NCBI GenBank assembly: GCA_012295275.1
Contig: CM022669.1
Span: 1,488,001-1,552,000 of the forward strand
Direction: 5' to 3'
DNA length: 64,000 nucleotides
Source: Chrysomallon squamiferum
Taxonomy: Eukaryota > Animalia > Mollusca
Shown here: piece by piece, positions 1-14,700 of the stretch
Layout of the letters: each line of letters begins with the position of its first letter
Position numbering within the stretch: the stretch's first letter is position 1
Position numbers and translations under genes: made by a program
The notes under the pieces: generated by a model
Told to the model about the DNA's origin: nothing
Databases searched by the model: none
The model's input: the letters and a program-made list of their open reading frames with translations, nothing else

Positions 1-2699
1 TTATGTGTTGCATGATGAACTTAAACACTTTACACAATAAAAACTGTTTATACTGTACATGTGTTATACTCTATACACTGTTTGTATTGTACATGTGTTA
101 TACTCTATACACTGTTTATACTGTACATGTGTTATACTCTATACACTGTTTGTACTGTACATGTGTTATACTCTATACACTGTTTATACTGTACATGTGT
201 TATACTCTATACACTGTTTATACTGTACATGTGTTATACTCTATACACTGTTTGTATTGTACATGTGTTATACTCTATACACTGTTTGTACTGTACATGT
301 GTTATACTCTATACACTGTTTGTACTGTACATGTGTTATACTCTATACACTGTTTGTACTGTACATGTGTTATACTCTATACAGTTTGTACTGTACATGT
401 GTTATACTCTATACAGTTTGTACTGTACATGTGTTATACTCTATACACTGTTTGTACTGTACATGTGTTATACTCTATACACTGTTTGTACTGTACATGT
501 GTTATACTCTATACACTGTACTGTACATGTGTTATACTCTATACAGTTTGTACTGTACATGTGTTATACTCTATACACTGTTTGTACTGTACATGTGTTA
601 TACTCTATACACTGTTTGTATACTGTACATGTGTTATACTCTATACACTGTTTGTACTGTACATGTGTTATACTCTATACACTTTGTACTGTACATGTGT
701 TATATTCTATACACTTTTATACTGTACATGTGTTTTCACACTGTACTGTACATGTGTTTACACTGTATACAGTGTTTATACTGTACACGTGTTTTACACT
801 GTACACACTGTTTATACTGTACACTGTTTTCATGTTGTACACGTGTTTACACTGTTCACACTGTTTATACTGTACACACTGTTTACACTGTACACACTGT
901 TTATACTGTACACGTGTTTTCACTGTACACACTGTTTATACTGTACACGTGTTTTCACTGTACACGTGTTTACACTGTACACACTGTTTATACTGTACAC
1001 GTGTTTATACTGTACACACTGTTTATACTGTACACGTGTTTATACTGTACACGTGTTTTCACTGTACACACTTCACTGTTTTTATACTGTACACACTGTT
1101 TATACTGTACACGTGTTTACACTGTACACACTGTTTATACTGTACACGTGTTTTCACTGTACACACTGTTTATACTGTACACACTGTTTATACTGTACAC
1201 ACTGTTTATACTGTACACGTGTTTTCACTGTACACACTGTTTATACTGTACACACTGTTTATACTGTACACGTGTTTTCACTGTACACACTGTTTATACT
1301 GTACACACTGTTTATACTGTACACACTGTTTATACTGTACACGTGTTTATACTGTACACACTGTTTATACTGTACACACTGTTTATACTGTACACGTGTT
1401 TATACTGTACACACTGTTTATACTGTACACGTGTTTTCACTGTACACACTGTTTATACTGTACACGTGTTTATACTGTACACGTGTTTACACTGTACACA
1501 CTGTTTATACTGTACACGTGTTTTCACTGTACACACACTGTTTACACACACCGTTTATACTGTACACGTGTTTTCACTGTACACACTTTTATACTGTTTA
1601 CACTGTTTATACTACACACACGTGTTTTCACTGTACACACTGTTTATACTGTACACACTGTTTATACTGTACACACTGTTTATACTGTACACGTGTTTTC
1701 ACTGTACACACTGTTTATACTGTACACACTGTTTATACTGTACACACTGTTTATACTGTACACGTGTTTTCACTGTACACACTGTTTATACTGTACACGT
1801 GTTTTCACTGTACACGTGTTTATACTGTACACGTGTTTATACTGTACACACTGTTTATACTGTACACACTGTTTATACTGTACATACTGTTTATACTGTA
1901 CACGTGTTTATACTGTACACACTGTTTATACTGTACACACTGTTTATACTGTACACGTGTTTTCACTGTACACACTGTTTATACTGTACACGTGTTTTCA
2001 CTGTACACTCTGTTTATACTGTACACGTGTTTTCACTGTACACACTGTTTATACTGTACACGTGTTTTCACTGTACACGTGTTTTCTGTACACGTGTTTT
2101 CACTGTACACACTGTTTATACTGTACACGTGTTTTCACTGTACACACTGTTTATACTGTACACGTGTTTTCACTGTACACACTGTTTATACTGTACACAC
2201 TGTTTATACTGTACACGTGTTTTCACTGTACACACTGTTTATACTGTACACGTGTTTTCACTGTACACACTGTTTATACTATACACGTGTTTTCACTGTA
2301 CACGTGTTTACACTGTACACACTGTTTATACTGTACACGTGTTTTCACTGTACACGTGTTTACACTGTACACACTGTTTATACTATACACGTGTTTTCAC
2401 TGTACACGTGTTTACACTGTACACACTGTTTATACTGTACACGTGTTTTCACTGTACACGTGTTTACACTGTACACACTGTTTATACTATACACGTGTTT
2501 TCACTGTACACGTGTTTACACTGTACACACTGTTTATACTGTACACGTGTTTTCACTGTACACACTGTTTACACTGTACACACTGTTTATACTGTACACA
2601 CTGTTTACACTGTACACGTGTTTTCACTGTACACACTGTTTATACTATACACGTGTTTTCACTGTACACGTGTTTACACTGTACACACTGTTTATACCG

Positions 2700-2708
<9 letters not shown>
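1..2708. repeat. Satellite/minisatellite array: a 34-bp unit (ctgtacatgtgttatactctatacactgtttgta) to about 720, then shuffled 17/18-bp monomers (ctgtacacgtgttttca / ctgtacacactgtttata)
   Basis: Direct periodicity, e.g. units at 53, 87, 121, 155. The + strand of the repeat lacks stop triplets, which explains the three ~900-aa ORFs. The array runs off the window start. Confidence 0.97.
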
Positions 2709-3055
<347 letters not shown>

Positions 3056-3210
3056 TTAATTTTACATTGTTATTTTGTCACAGCCTTATCTCTCATTCGT
3101 GTATGGAGCAAGTGTTGTGAACATGCCAATATCACGTGCCTCGCTATCCACTGACGCCGAAAGAACCGACGTACGTGTGTCCCAATGAGAAAAGTTCATT
3201 TTCCAATATT

Positions 3211-3364
3211 TCCCTAGCAACACGTATCTAGGGAAGGCCTGTGACGTAAAACGTCATGGTCAGTCGGAGTGTAGTGGGCGCAAGAACAGGAAAGTTTGCC
3301 ATGCATGGGAAATTCAACAATAACAACGATCAGTGTCCAAACAGTTGAGTGACGTCACAGGCCT
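3211..3364. other. GC-richer patch with a 13-bp perfect inverted repeat (aggcctgtgacgt 3235-3247 / acgtcacaggcct 3352-3364) carrying CRE-like motifs, preceded by a 7-bp hairpin (tccctag...ctaggga)
   Basis: Reverse-complement match read directly; TGACGTCA at about 3350. Could be a small MITE or a regulatory element. Confidence 0.5.
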
Positions 3365-4669
3365 AGCACGTGTTCTGTCATTAGTATGGTCCCTCCTGGG
3401 ATTTTTCCTCGAAACCCAGCGGACTTCACTACAACCTCTCCGGTAAATATCACATCTTTTACTAACAATAGCAGACACAATTACTTCAGTGTTGATATTT
3501 TGTTCAAGAACCAGGATATGTTAAGATCTACAGAGAGCTGTTACAGTAACTAGAATCACGTTGTTTAATCAAGAATAAAATTTTAGGTGTTATTTTTAGG
3601 TGAATGTCGTACTGTACTTGGCGAAAAATTCACAATTTTATTACTGTAAAAATGTTATGCTATTTATTTATCAATCCTAGTTTAGTGATATAAACTTCGT
3701 TCGTGTTAGAAAATAAACGGAATAATCTTCCTTAGTTTTTCAGAATAAACTGAAAAGTTAAAACGAATCTGGAGACATCTTTGTTTCTCAGCACACACAT
3801 TAACTATAAAATAAAACGCTCTTATCTAGAACTGCAGATATGTTAGTAAACACAGTTTATACAGTAAATTATGATTCACTGAAAGAAACATAATATTTTA
3901 ATTACAATACCTGCAATTTTCAAGATTAAGATTATATTTTATGAAGAGCTCTATACATGTTTTTTTAATTTAAAAGCTGAGAAGGCTGATCAAAACTGAA
4001 TTCTTTGTTTGCTGGAACAGAACATTTTCTAATCCGTAGTTTGAGAACATACGTGTTATTTTATCAACAATAAATTCTGATTCAGAAAATCCACTGAATT
4101 CTTCATGGATATTGCATACTTTCATTACTATTTGTATTCAATAAATCGTTTGAACGTAATGGAAAGGAATAAAGCTAAAACTATGCCTGTTTAATTCAAT
4201 ATTCTTAATATAATTTTCTTCGGATTACGGTCAATTGCTAGATTCTAGATTATGTTCATAATAAAAATCTAACAACATAAATCAGTAACATAAAACACAA
4301 ATATAAAGGTGCACTGACAAAATTGTAACTAAATTGGCATTCTGTTGTTAAACAGTATAAGCGGATCGTTTGTAATTATGATTTAATTTTTTTTAAAATT
4401 TTTCCAAAATAAAACACTTCATAAACATAGAGTCAAAGAATGCATAGTTAACGAGGGCAGCCCTGTTGAATAGAGAGGTATTTACCCAATCACCGGAAAT
4501 TATTTCATTGAGTGTTGCTAGTTTCCTATGTGGCACTGCCGAATAATCTAGGGGAATCTTCGCTTATTGGCTTTTTACAGCGTGTTTAGACCTTCAAGAT
4601 CGTTCAAGATAAAAGCGCACAAGACAGAAAAATTCATTTCTTTTGAAATCAAGGTTTGGTGACAGTTGC

Positions 4670-5106
4670 CGGGGAATTCTCTTCATATGTGTGGAATTTG
4701 TTCATATGTGGGGAATTTCTTCATGCGTGTGGAATTTGTTCATATGTGGGGAATTTCTTCATGTGTGTGAAATTTGTTCATATGTGGGGAATTTCTTCAT
4801 GTGTGGGGAATTTCTTCATGTGTGGGGAATTTCTTAATATGTGGGGAATTCTCTTGATATGTGGGGAATTTCTTCATATGTGGGGAATTCTCTTCATATG
4901 TAGGGAATTTCTTCATATGTGGGGAATTTCTTCATATGTGGGGAATTCTCTTCATAAGTGGGGAATTTCTTCATATGTGGGGAATTTCTTCATATGTGGG
5001 GAATTCTCTTCATATGTAGGGAATTTCTTCATATGTGGGGAATTTCTTCATATGTGGGGAATTCTCTTCATAAGTGGGGAATTTCTTCATATGTGGGGAA
5101 TTTCTT
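4670..5106. repeat. 19/20-bp minisatellite (atgtggggaatttcttcat / atgtggggaattctcttcat), about 22 copies
   Basis: Direct periodicity; accounts for ORFs 4643, 4656 and 4958. Confidence 0.95.
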
Positions 5107-5263
5107 CCGACAAAACACGATGCCTGACGACGAGACTTGGCGCTGTTCCAAGAATCAAACGATTTTTTCATTTTCTCAGAGAGTTCACTGAGATGACACA
5201 GAGAAAAAGATTATAAGAAATGATGAGAAAAGAAAACGAAATTTAAAAATAAAAACTAAACAC

Positions 5264-5264
<1 letters not shown>

Positions 5265-5336
<72 letters not shown>

Positions 5337-5645
5337 AAGAAGAAGAAGAAAAAAGAAATTGATAAATAAAATACTCCAATAACAAATAAAATATATTTTG
5401 ACTGAACATATAATAAGTTTTTTAATATTTTATTTGTATACATTATGGCTATACCAAATAAAATATTGGCCTCCTGATGAAAAAAGTAATACAGATTTTT
5501 CTGACAATACTGTGTGTGTGTATGTGTGTGTATGTGTCTGTATCTGTGAGTGTATGTGTGTGTATGTGTGAGAGTGTGTGTGTGTGTGTGTATATCTCTC
5601 TGTGTGTGTATGTGTGTGTGTGTGAATGTGTGTGTGAGTGTGTGA
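5265..5645. repeat. (AAT)n-(AAG)n compound microsatellite (5265-5350) and degenerate (TG)n (5511-5645)
   Basis: Direct reading. Confidence 0.9.
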
Positions 5646-5844
5646 ACTGCCTGGAACAATTCAAATATTAAAAATAAATTTATATATTAAAGATTTATAG
5701 TATGGGGATATTCTTCTTATTCTTTTGTTATATTTTGTAAGTCTGTAATTGTAGATATATAATTATAGACTACAAAGTAGAAACATAAATTGGAATATAT
5801 GTGGATGACCTGTAACAAAACTGCCAACATTTTTCTTTTGTTTT

Positions 5845-5885
<41 letters not shown>

Positions 5886-6938
5886 GTTATTATTATTATA
5901 CTACAATGGTTCTTTTGGGTGGGTGGGATATTGGGGATGGGATTTCATATCTCTCTTTCTATATATGTATAAATGTATGTATATGTATATGTTTGTGTGT
6001 GTGTATATATACAACCGAACAAACACATACACACAAACATATATGCACATTCATATACATATCCATTTGCATAGATATATACATACACATACATACAGAC
6101 AGACAGACAGAAAGCAAGTCAGACAGACAGCAATGTAGTTACGATGTATCACTGTGTTACTGTGGGGATAATAAATAGTAACGTCAAGACGCAGTCAGTA
6201 ACTACTTGGTTTTTGTATTATAAAATAATAAATATAAAATACAGTTATTTGGGGGGAAAAAAATCGAGGTATTCAAATATGTCGAATAATATTATTTTAA
6301 AATTGTTTTTCATTTAGTTTTAGTTTTGTATTGTAAGGATATAATATTAAGTAATGTGAATGCAAAAATTATTACATAAATTAAATCAAGACCTCAAGGT
6401 TTTGAAGACAATTTTTTTTTTTTTTTATGTATCTGTTTAGTAATAAAAGATGAATTTAATCTTAAAGTTATTTTCCAAAAATAAGTAAATCAATACACAA
6501 AGAAAAGATCACAATAAAACTAAACAAAATGTGAAAAGATCGACAACACTGTTGTTTTACTCTCTTCATTCACCTACAAATCAAACATCATAACTCTTAC
6601 TTTATCATTTGTTAAACTGTTATAATATAAATAAATAGCTTTGTAACAGAAATGCGATTAGGATTTTGTTTCATTTACTTTGAGTGTACCGTGTTTGACT
6701 GTTAAAACGTCTTAGTTCTTTCACTTTGGACCTGTGTTGTATCTGATCGGAGATGTGTGCTGGTGCGTTTTTCTTTTCTTGATAAACGAAAGTAAAAACG
6801 TTTTAATCTGAAAGTAGTCAGCTTTTTGATTATATATTAAAATTTGAAAATAATTTCTGTTCCCCAACATTTCGTTTTATTTTTTATATCTATTAAATTA
6901 AAAATTTAATTCGATTTGTTTTTATATTATTGTGTTAG

Positions 6939-7176
6939 AGCTCGTAGAATTCCCAGCTCGTCGAAAGGCTAAATGTGGTTCATTGGTCTTACTGTCAAAT
7001 AAGATATAAACAAACGATATGTTTTTTTATTTTTATTTTTTATTCTGGCTGGCATTCTGTGGAGAGACATAGGTCTACAATAACACAAATGATATCTGAA
7101 ATGACGGCTTACTCCCCAGCTCGTAGAATTCCCAGCTCGTCGAAAGGCTAAATGTGGTTCAGTGGTCTAACTGACA
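6939..7176. repeat. About 55-bp direct duplication (agctcgtagaattcccagctcgtcgaaaggctaaatgtggttca...) at 6939 and 7118
   Basis: Near-identical copies about 180 bp apart. Confidence 0.85.
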
Positions 7177-7249
7177 TGCATGTCTTTACCTCAGTCATTA
7201 TAATGAACTGTTCCAGATTATTTGGAAAGTGATTATTATTGTACAAATA

Positions 7250-7927
7250 CAGTAACATCTCGCATAACGATATCCCGCTTTAACGATCTTTTTTCTTTAC
7301 AAATTATATAAATAGAAATTTAATAGTTAATTGCTCGAAATAAATGATCCAAATGTATACAATGCATGTTTTGAAGTCCATTTTCGTTCGTTTTTCGTTC
7401 ATTCACCAGCTTCTCTCAGCTGTTTGATCAGTTGACACGTCATACGTGCATCTGATATTCTGATTCTTTTTTCTCTTCTGCTTCGATTTAGACTTAAACT
7501 CGTTTGTAATTTACCCTTCCAATATGTCAAAACGAATAACAGTATACCGGCAAATGCTGATGATAAAAAGAAATGGAAGACAATAACTTTAGAAACAAAA
7601 TACATAATTTTAAATGAAACCAAAACCCACAAAAATTAACCCACAATGAGCGGCATATAATTATTTCTTAATGTATTTGTATAAATTGATTTGTAAATGA
7701 TTTACTGTTTACTTAATATCTATAATCTATTAAATCACTTATGTCTAAACTGCCGTTTTATTTCTCCGTATTTCATTTTTTTTTCTTTTTATGTCAAATT
7801 TCATCAGCAAGAAAATAAACACTGCTTTTAACCTTAATTCTGTGTAAATTAGTCTCCCACTTAACGATACCTCACTTAACTATCGGAAATTTGGAACCAA
7901 TTACATCATTAATCTGAGGTATTATTG
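7250..7927. mobile_element. pogo/Tigger-like non-autonomous DNA transposon (MITE)
   Basis: TA|CAGTAACATCTCGCATAACG at the left; the right end reverse-complements to TA|CAATAATACCTCAGATTAATG. TA target duplication and subterminal TTAACGAT motifs at both ends; no ORF. Confidence 0.65.
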
Positions 7928-8524
7928 TAGCATAAGGTATGCAAATATGACAAATATCGAAATAATCTATCTATCGAATGTAATGAAAGTATATAATTAA
8001 AAAAGAAGGTATTCATCTAAAAGTATTCCCAATGATTTGGTCCTTCGTATAAACTTTTTCAGTCATAGCCAAAGTATTTGCAGGTCATAATATCTTTAGT
8101 GTACATATATTATACATATATTAAATATATTGTATAATAGGTGTACAATGTGAATATGTATGTGTGCATAACGTAAATATGCTCAGTAACATATATCTTG
8201 AACATGTTTAAGCTGAATATGGTTTAATTCGAATAGTTAATGATAAATGTAACGTTCACTTATTCTATTTACTGAATATAAGCGAATTACTCGTATGTAA
8301 AATGTTTTTTAAATTATATTGCTGAATAAAATTAGTTATTTATAATATTTTTGTCGTTTTCTTTTACAGAAGCAAGCCATGAGAATTAACAAAAAACACA
8401 TCGTGCCGCTTTTTTCGTTTCTTTTATTCTTTTTTTTTTTTTAATAGATAGATGAAACTGATATAAATTGTTTATTATTAGTCAGTTGTTTTGTATCAGA
8501 AAGGAAATGTTTATAACCAGCTTA

Positions 8525-8571
<47 letters not shown>

Positions 8572-9054
8572 CAACAATAATAATAATAATGTTGATGATG
8601 ATGATTATGATGATGATAATGAGGAGGAGGAAGATGATGATGATAATAATGAAAAAGTAAAAAATGTACAACAAATGACCCGTGAATGCTTATTCTGCTT
8701 TCGGTTGATGTTACATAATCGATTTAGGAACAATGCGCTCCGCCTCTGAATGTTAGAAAGAAACCAGATGTATGTACAGGCCAAGTTCATTATATACAGA
8801 GGTAATCAGGTATTGCGGCAGACGAGTTTTTTCTACGAACTGGGAATTCTACCAGATGGGTGGACACCGACGTAGCCTATGTGTTACCATGAGGAACATA
8901 ATTTCGTGCTGCTTCCTTCGTTCTTTATTTATTTTTAAATTTATTTTATATACGTTTTTAGCAAATATTAAATATTAACTTATTGTTATTATTTAATTGC
9001 TCTTTTCAAAATTTAATTGTTTTTATTAATAATGTGCATCAAGATTATTGAGAA

Positions 9055-9084
9055 ATGGTAAGCAACGAAAGTTTTAAATTAAAT

Positions 9085-9142
<58 letters not shown>

Positions 9143-9299
9143 TACAAAAAATTATTTAGTGTTATTTAATAATACTAAAACATCAAATATATATTTATAT
9201 GGATTTAATTAAAACTTTTTGTTGCTTACCATATAGATATATATATACATATTTGCTGTTTTTTAGGTTATTAAATAACACTAAATAATTTTTTGTATA
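9055..9299. repeat. Two interleaved inverted-repeat pairs around a (TA)n tract: A 9055-9090 / A' 9197-9232 and B 9141-9196 / B' 9236-9299
   Basis: atggtaagcaacgaaagttttaaattaaatccatat vs atatggatttaattaaaactttttgttgcttaccat; tatacaaaaaattatttagtgttatttaataa vs ttattaaataacactaaataattttttgtata (exact reverse complement). Confidence 0.88.
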
Positions 9300-9463
9300 A
9301 TATTTTTCTTTTATATGAAGTAAGCTTGAAATAAAAATAATGATTCAATTATTCGAGATAACATTTCATTTACATACTGAAAAATCATAATCACTTTGTA
9401 CTAGTTCCAAAAACATTTTAAAGTATTTTATTTTTGAATAACAACTTCATTCTAAATATTTGC

Positions 9464-9519
<56 letters not shown>

Positions 9520-9934
9520 CAACAACAACAAAACTACAACAATACTAATAGTAATATTAATCATCATCATCATCATCATCATCATCTTTGCAGTAGCTGA
9601 AGAGTTTGGACAAAATGGATCAAACAGCAGTTATTATCCTGTAAATTATTTAATCTCATCTCATAGAACAAACATTTTCAAGTTTTATTTTAAAAGACGA
9701 ACACTAAAATAAAGCAAAATTAATATGTTTTTATTCTACTGATATTTTATATCATTGTCATCTGCTCATGGCTTGTTTGTGTTTGGTAAGATGATAGTCA
9801 GAAAAACTGCAATGAAGAAAGACTCTAAACCAACCAGATAAACATTTTATATCTTGGCAGCTTGAAGAATATTATTTATGACCTAACAAATTAAACAGAC
9901 ATTTAGAAAGTTACACATCCAAAACTAATAATAT

Positions 9935-10129
9935 TTGTTCTGCTTTAAAAAATTTGAAAAAGTAATTGATGCTAAAATTGATGAAAATAAAAACAAAGAA
10001 CTTGCTTTGTTTGAGAGTTGTGTGACAGATCTAGATTACTGTGTTACAAATGAACAGAGAAATAATGTAACTGATACACCCATATATTACTGTATTGACA
10101 TTAGTGGACTGAACAAATTGACTGTATAG
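9935..10129 (+). pseudogene. Possible gene fragment ending in a vWA/MIDAS-like start motif (IYYCIDISG)
   Basis: Non-repetitive 64-aa ORF ...DLDYCVTNEQRNNVTDTPIYYCIDISG resembles the hydrophobic strand plus DxSG at the start of vWA domains; no clear downstream exon. Confidence 0.3.
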
Positions 10130-10147
10130 ACTGAGGCTGTGAGAAAA

Positions 10148-10280
10148 TTGAAAACATACAAAATGAGAAAATGTCACCAGATAATCATGATATAAAATAT
10201 TCATCTGAGAGTTTGAAAACATACAAAATGTGAAAATGTCACCAGATAATCATGATACAAAATATTCATCTGAGAGTTTG
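10148..10280. repeat. 65-bp tandem duplication (2 copies)
   Basis: ttgaaaacatacaaaatg...ttcatctgagagt at 10148 and 10213. Confidence 0.9.
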
Positions 10281-11360
10281 TCAGAAATCTTCCTTTCAAA
10301 CGATAATAATAATGAAGATTGATGCTCTAACATGGAAAGAGGAAATATCTGTGAACAAAGGAAAAATATGGAAAAGAACAAAAAGATAAAACAGTAAGAC
10401 ACAATCTGAAAAATGTATAGATCCCGTTTTGTCAACTTCAGCAAAAATTAAAAATAGGGAAAAAAAAAATCAGTTCAGAATTTATAAGTAAATTTATTAA
10501 GCTATGTCTTAAAGTTAGGTCATTACAGGAAAGAAAAGTTAGAGTGGATGAGTTAAAATCCAGATTGGGGTGGAAGTCTGCAGTTCAAGGGTTGTGGATT
10601 GAATGTGTGCACTCATGGTTTCAGATGTAAGTGAAAGCAGTTTTGTGATTCTTCTTCACTTCACTGAAGTCAGCCCAGCTGGCTCAGAATGTTTTTTTGG
10701 GTTGCTGCAGGCGTCAGCAGACACAATCACTGACTTGTTAACAACTGAGGGCAATGACATTTTATTTGTTTTTATTCAGCTTTATTTTATTTTATCTTTG
10801 TTTTCTTTTGTTTTATTGTTTGTTTATTATTATTATTTCAGAAAAATGGACTTATGTCAAAAAAAGGATAAAGTTAAACTGTATTTACATTAAGAACCTT
10901 TCTATTAAACATGTGTGCATGTACAAATGTGTGTGTGTTTAAGTTTGCATATGTGAGTATATGATATAAGTTTGACATAACTTTGTTTCTATTTACTCTC
11001 TCTCTCTCTCTGAACTGTTCAAGAACAAAAATGGTTTTTCTTACTTTTTGTGTCATATTTCCTTGTCTCTAACCTTGTATTATTTTCTTTAGTGCTCTTG
11101 GTTTCTTCTTTCCTTTCATCCAAGATTTTATTTTTCAAGCAATTTCTCTCCATTTGTAATTTTTGTTGCCATCATTTTGTTTTTCCTGGGATTATTATTA
11201 TTAGTATTAGTAGTAGTATTAGTATTTTATTACTGTTATTATTATATTGTTGTTATTACTATTGTTTTTATTATAATAATTATTATTATTACCATTGTTT
11301 TTATTATTTAATATTATTATTACTGTGGTTTTATTATTATTATTATTGCTATTGTTATTC

Positions 11361-11413
<53 letters not shown>

Positions 11414-11733
11414 TCATTTTCTCTCTTTCTTGTCATATAAATCTTTTTTTTTCTTTGGCAAAAAGTGATATTAAACAGATCAATGCAGTTACTTATACAC
11501 CTATTTTGTATTACAGAATTTTTTTTTATATCTAATTTTTACATGAAATCTGTGCTTGAAAATCTTATATACATAGTAAAATATTTTATTAAGCAGGCAA
11601 AAACTACGAATTTTGTACAGGGAATGAGATACTGGCAATCTCATCAGTCAAAGCTTTATGTTTCAGTACATTTTTGACAGGTGGAAATATTTATGTGACT
11701 ATGTGTATGTGTATGTGTATGTGTTTGAGTATC

Positions 11734-11764
<31 letters not shown>

Positions 11765-14700
11765 GTGTGTGTGACTGTGTGTGACTGTATAACTGATAAA
11801 AGAATGGAAAGTTTTAGATGGTACAGGAGCAAGAGATCATCTTGGTGAGGGTATTTATCATCACTCTAATATGTTAGCACGTAACAGCCTAGATCTACAC
11901 CTGTTGTGTCTTCTTTACAGAGAAATATTTATTCAACATACACATGTTATTTAGATATTATAATTATCAGCTTTGATATTTTTATAAATAAATTAAATTT
12001 TCATTATTAATGTCATTTTAAAATAATTTGAATGCAATAAAATCTCTTCCCCAAATTTTGAACATATTTGTAATCTTAATATCTCAGTGAAGAAATTTGT
12101 GAATATTATTTATGTACATTCATTACACTGTATTAATCTCGACTTCAGTAGTCTTAAAAACAGCATTGTGTTGGTTAAACAAGTGCACATTTGATCATCA
12201 AACCTGACTCTTCAAATATATTTTTTGGATGTACAATGCATTAGTTCTGAAAACTTCATAAATGTTATTGTAAACACTTATAAACAACAAAGATTTTTTC
12301 AAGTGAGAATAATGTAAATTCTGCTAACCCCCTTCTCTTTATCACTGACTGCAAACCATAAAACAAAAGACATGAACTGATATATAGATGTATTTCTATT
12401 AGTTTGGATACATTTCAATAAAATGTTGTGTACCTTTTTCACATTTACAATTTAAAAAAAGTCATTTTAATTACACATTTATATTCACAGAATAAACTTA
12501 AATAGGATAATTTTACATTTTTACACAGACTGATACATATGGAGATATATATATATAATTACAGAACATTATAATATATATTCCATGTTCTAAACATTTA
12601 ATAAAATAAGCCTGTTAATTTAAAGATTATAGTTAAAAACAAAATCTAGTATGTGGCAACAATTAAAAACATTTAAGAACAAATATTTTAAGATATAATT
12701 AAATATATTTTAGTATCTTATATATAGACACTACTATATGCATGTACCTCAATACTTACAAAATGTTAATAGAAATCTGATGTCAAAACAACTTAGAAGA
12801 CAAAACATTTAATTAAAAAGAACATTGCAACTGGAATCTAATAGAGGTAATTAAACAGACTTTATATACAAAAACTAAATCTACTACAATGTAGCAAACA
12901 AGACAAATGTATTTTGATGTAATTAAATATATACAATGTGATCTGACAAGGGTATTGGGTTAACGTGAAATTTAGTAAAACTAAAAACTGATAATTCATA
13001 ACTAACTACTTATAATCTTGTCAATTTTACCAAGGTAAGATTACTCTGAACATATTATCATTAATAATGATTGTGATAAGCTTCAGCTTTTGAGTACTTT
13101 TCTGTGCATGTATAATTTTAGCTGTCACAGAACACAAGTCAAAAACAGTTTCTGTAACATCACATTGTTAGGAGTCTGGAACTAAGCCTGGTGACATCTG
13201 CTTTTACCGTAGTTCCAGTTATCAGTGTTAGAGGAAGAGGTAATTCTGTGGCAAAGAAGAAGCACCATTCTTCAAAACATATTATGAACATATGGAAATT
13301 ATTATTTTGCACTGATGTTACAGATTAATTTTTAATTTTATATTTATCTATTTTTTGTGGATCATTTGAGGTATCTTTCTATTGGGTGAAAAAAGATATT
13401 GCTGAGAAAGATTAATATATATCAGTGATAATGTTTCAGTTGGAAAATACTAGTTGTCTTAACTGGAAAATACCAGTACCATAATAATACCAGTGCCTAA
13501 CCATGTAACTTTGATCAGCTGGGGCATATATATATATATATATATATATATAGATATATGTGTATGTGTAAAAGCTAGCCTACCTAACCTAATAGTTTTG
13601 CAATTGCTATGAGGAGAGACTGCCTAGTTTAAAATAAAAACATAAAAAGGAAGTATTTATGCATACCAAATAAACAGTAAGTAGGTAATCAGTTCACCAA
13701 GTAACTTTCTGCCAGATCCTACACAAAAAAGAAGAAAAGAAAAAAAAAGTAGACTAGCCAAGCTAACCAGTTTTGCAATTGCTATAAGACAGGATTACCT
13801 AGTTTAAGAAATAAACACTATGCCAACAAGAAGTAAACAGGGTACAAATGTCTTAGCAAGGAAGCTAGTTTACCAATTACCTTTGTCTTAGGGACACTGC
13901 CAGATACACAACTTACCAAATACTTCGGCAGTAGCTGAAAGGAAGGACTATTTTGCTCACCAAATAACTATTACGTTTATAGCTATGACAAAAGAGATCT
14001 GGCTTACCAAATAATTGGTAATAATGAGGAATTAATAATTTTACAACTGTTGTGGAGAAGTTAATAGTCATGCAAGAGCTCTAAGGAGGCAGGCATTACC
14101 GTGGTAACAAAATAATTTGTGCCATCAGCAGACAAAGGCGTCTAACTCACCAAGTATTGTTCTGCCAGGCCTGTCAGACGAGAGATCTGTTTGTATTATT
14201 TACAGTGGACATTTACCCTCATTATATTCCATTCAGTAATATTGCTCTTTATTCTGATACTAATTACATATATATATATATGTAAAATGATAACTAATCA
14301 ACTTTAACCAAATATTTTAACATTACCCTTTGTACTGGTTTTAAAATATAAAAATTTCCATTTGAATCAAATAACATCTTAAAGTAGTTTGTTCATACCC
14401 ATCTATTTAATTTGTAACAGTTTATTTCTGTGTGTTTGTGATAATATAAAGGTTTATGTTTCATGCCCATCTAATTATTTTAGGACATTTTCCTTCAGTG
14501 TTTTTTAGTGATCACATTAAGACAAACCCTTGCTTTTGGAATTACTGGACCATATTGTTTGGTCCTCATTCAGAAATCTGATATTGTAGCAAACAAAAAG
14601 GTTTAAAAAACCCTCCAGAAAGAGATTAAGAATAGGAAAATTAAATTAAATAAATCTGTCAGTATTTCAAGAAGTGTAAAAACTAACAAAAACAGTGAAC

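Noticed and set aside
4656-5216. 186-aa ORF with ICGEFLHM repeats resembling zinc fingers
   Set aside because: Translation of a 19/20-bp repeat cycling through frames; no C2H2 spacing.
13570-14170. Recurring short motifs (accaagtaa, agttttgcaattgctat)
   Set aside because: Probably a very old tandem array or TE interior; I could not define a period or coding frame.
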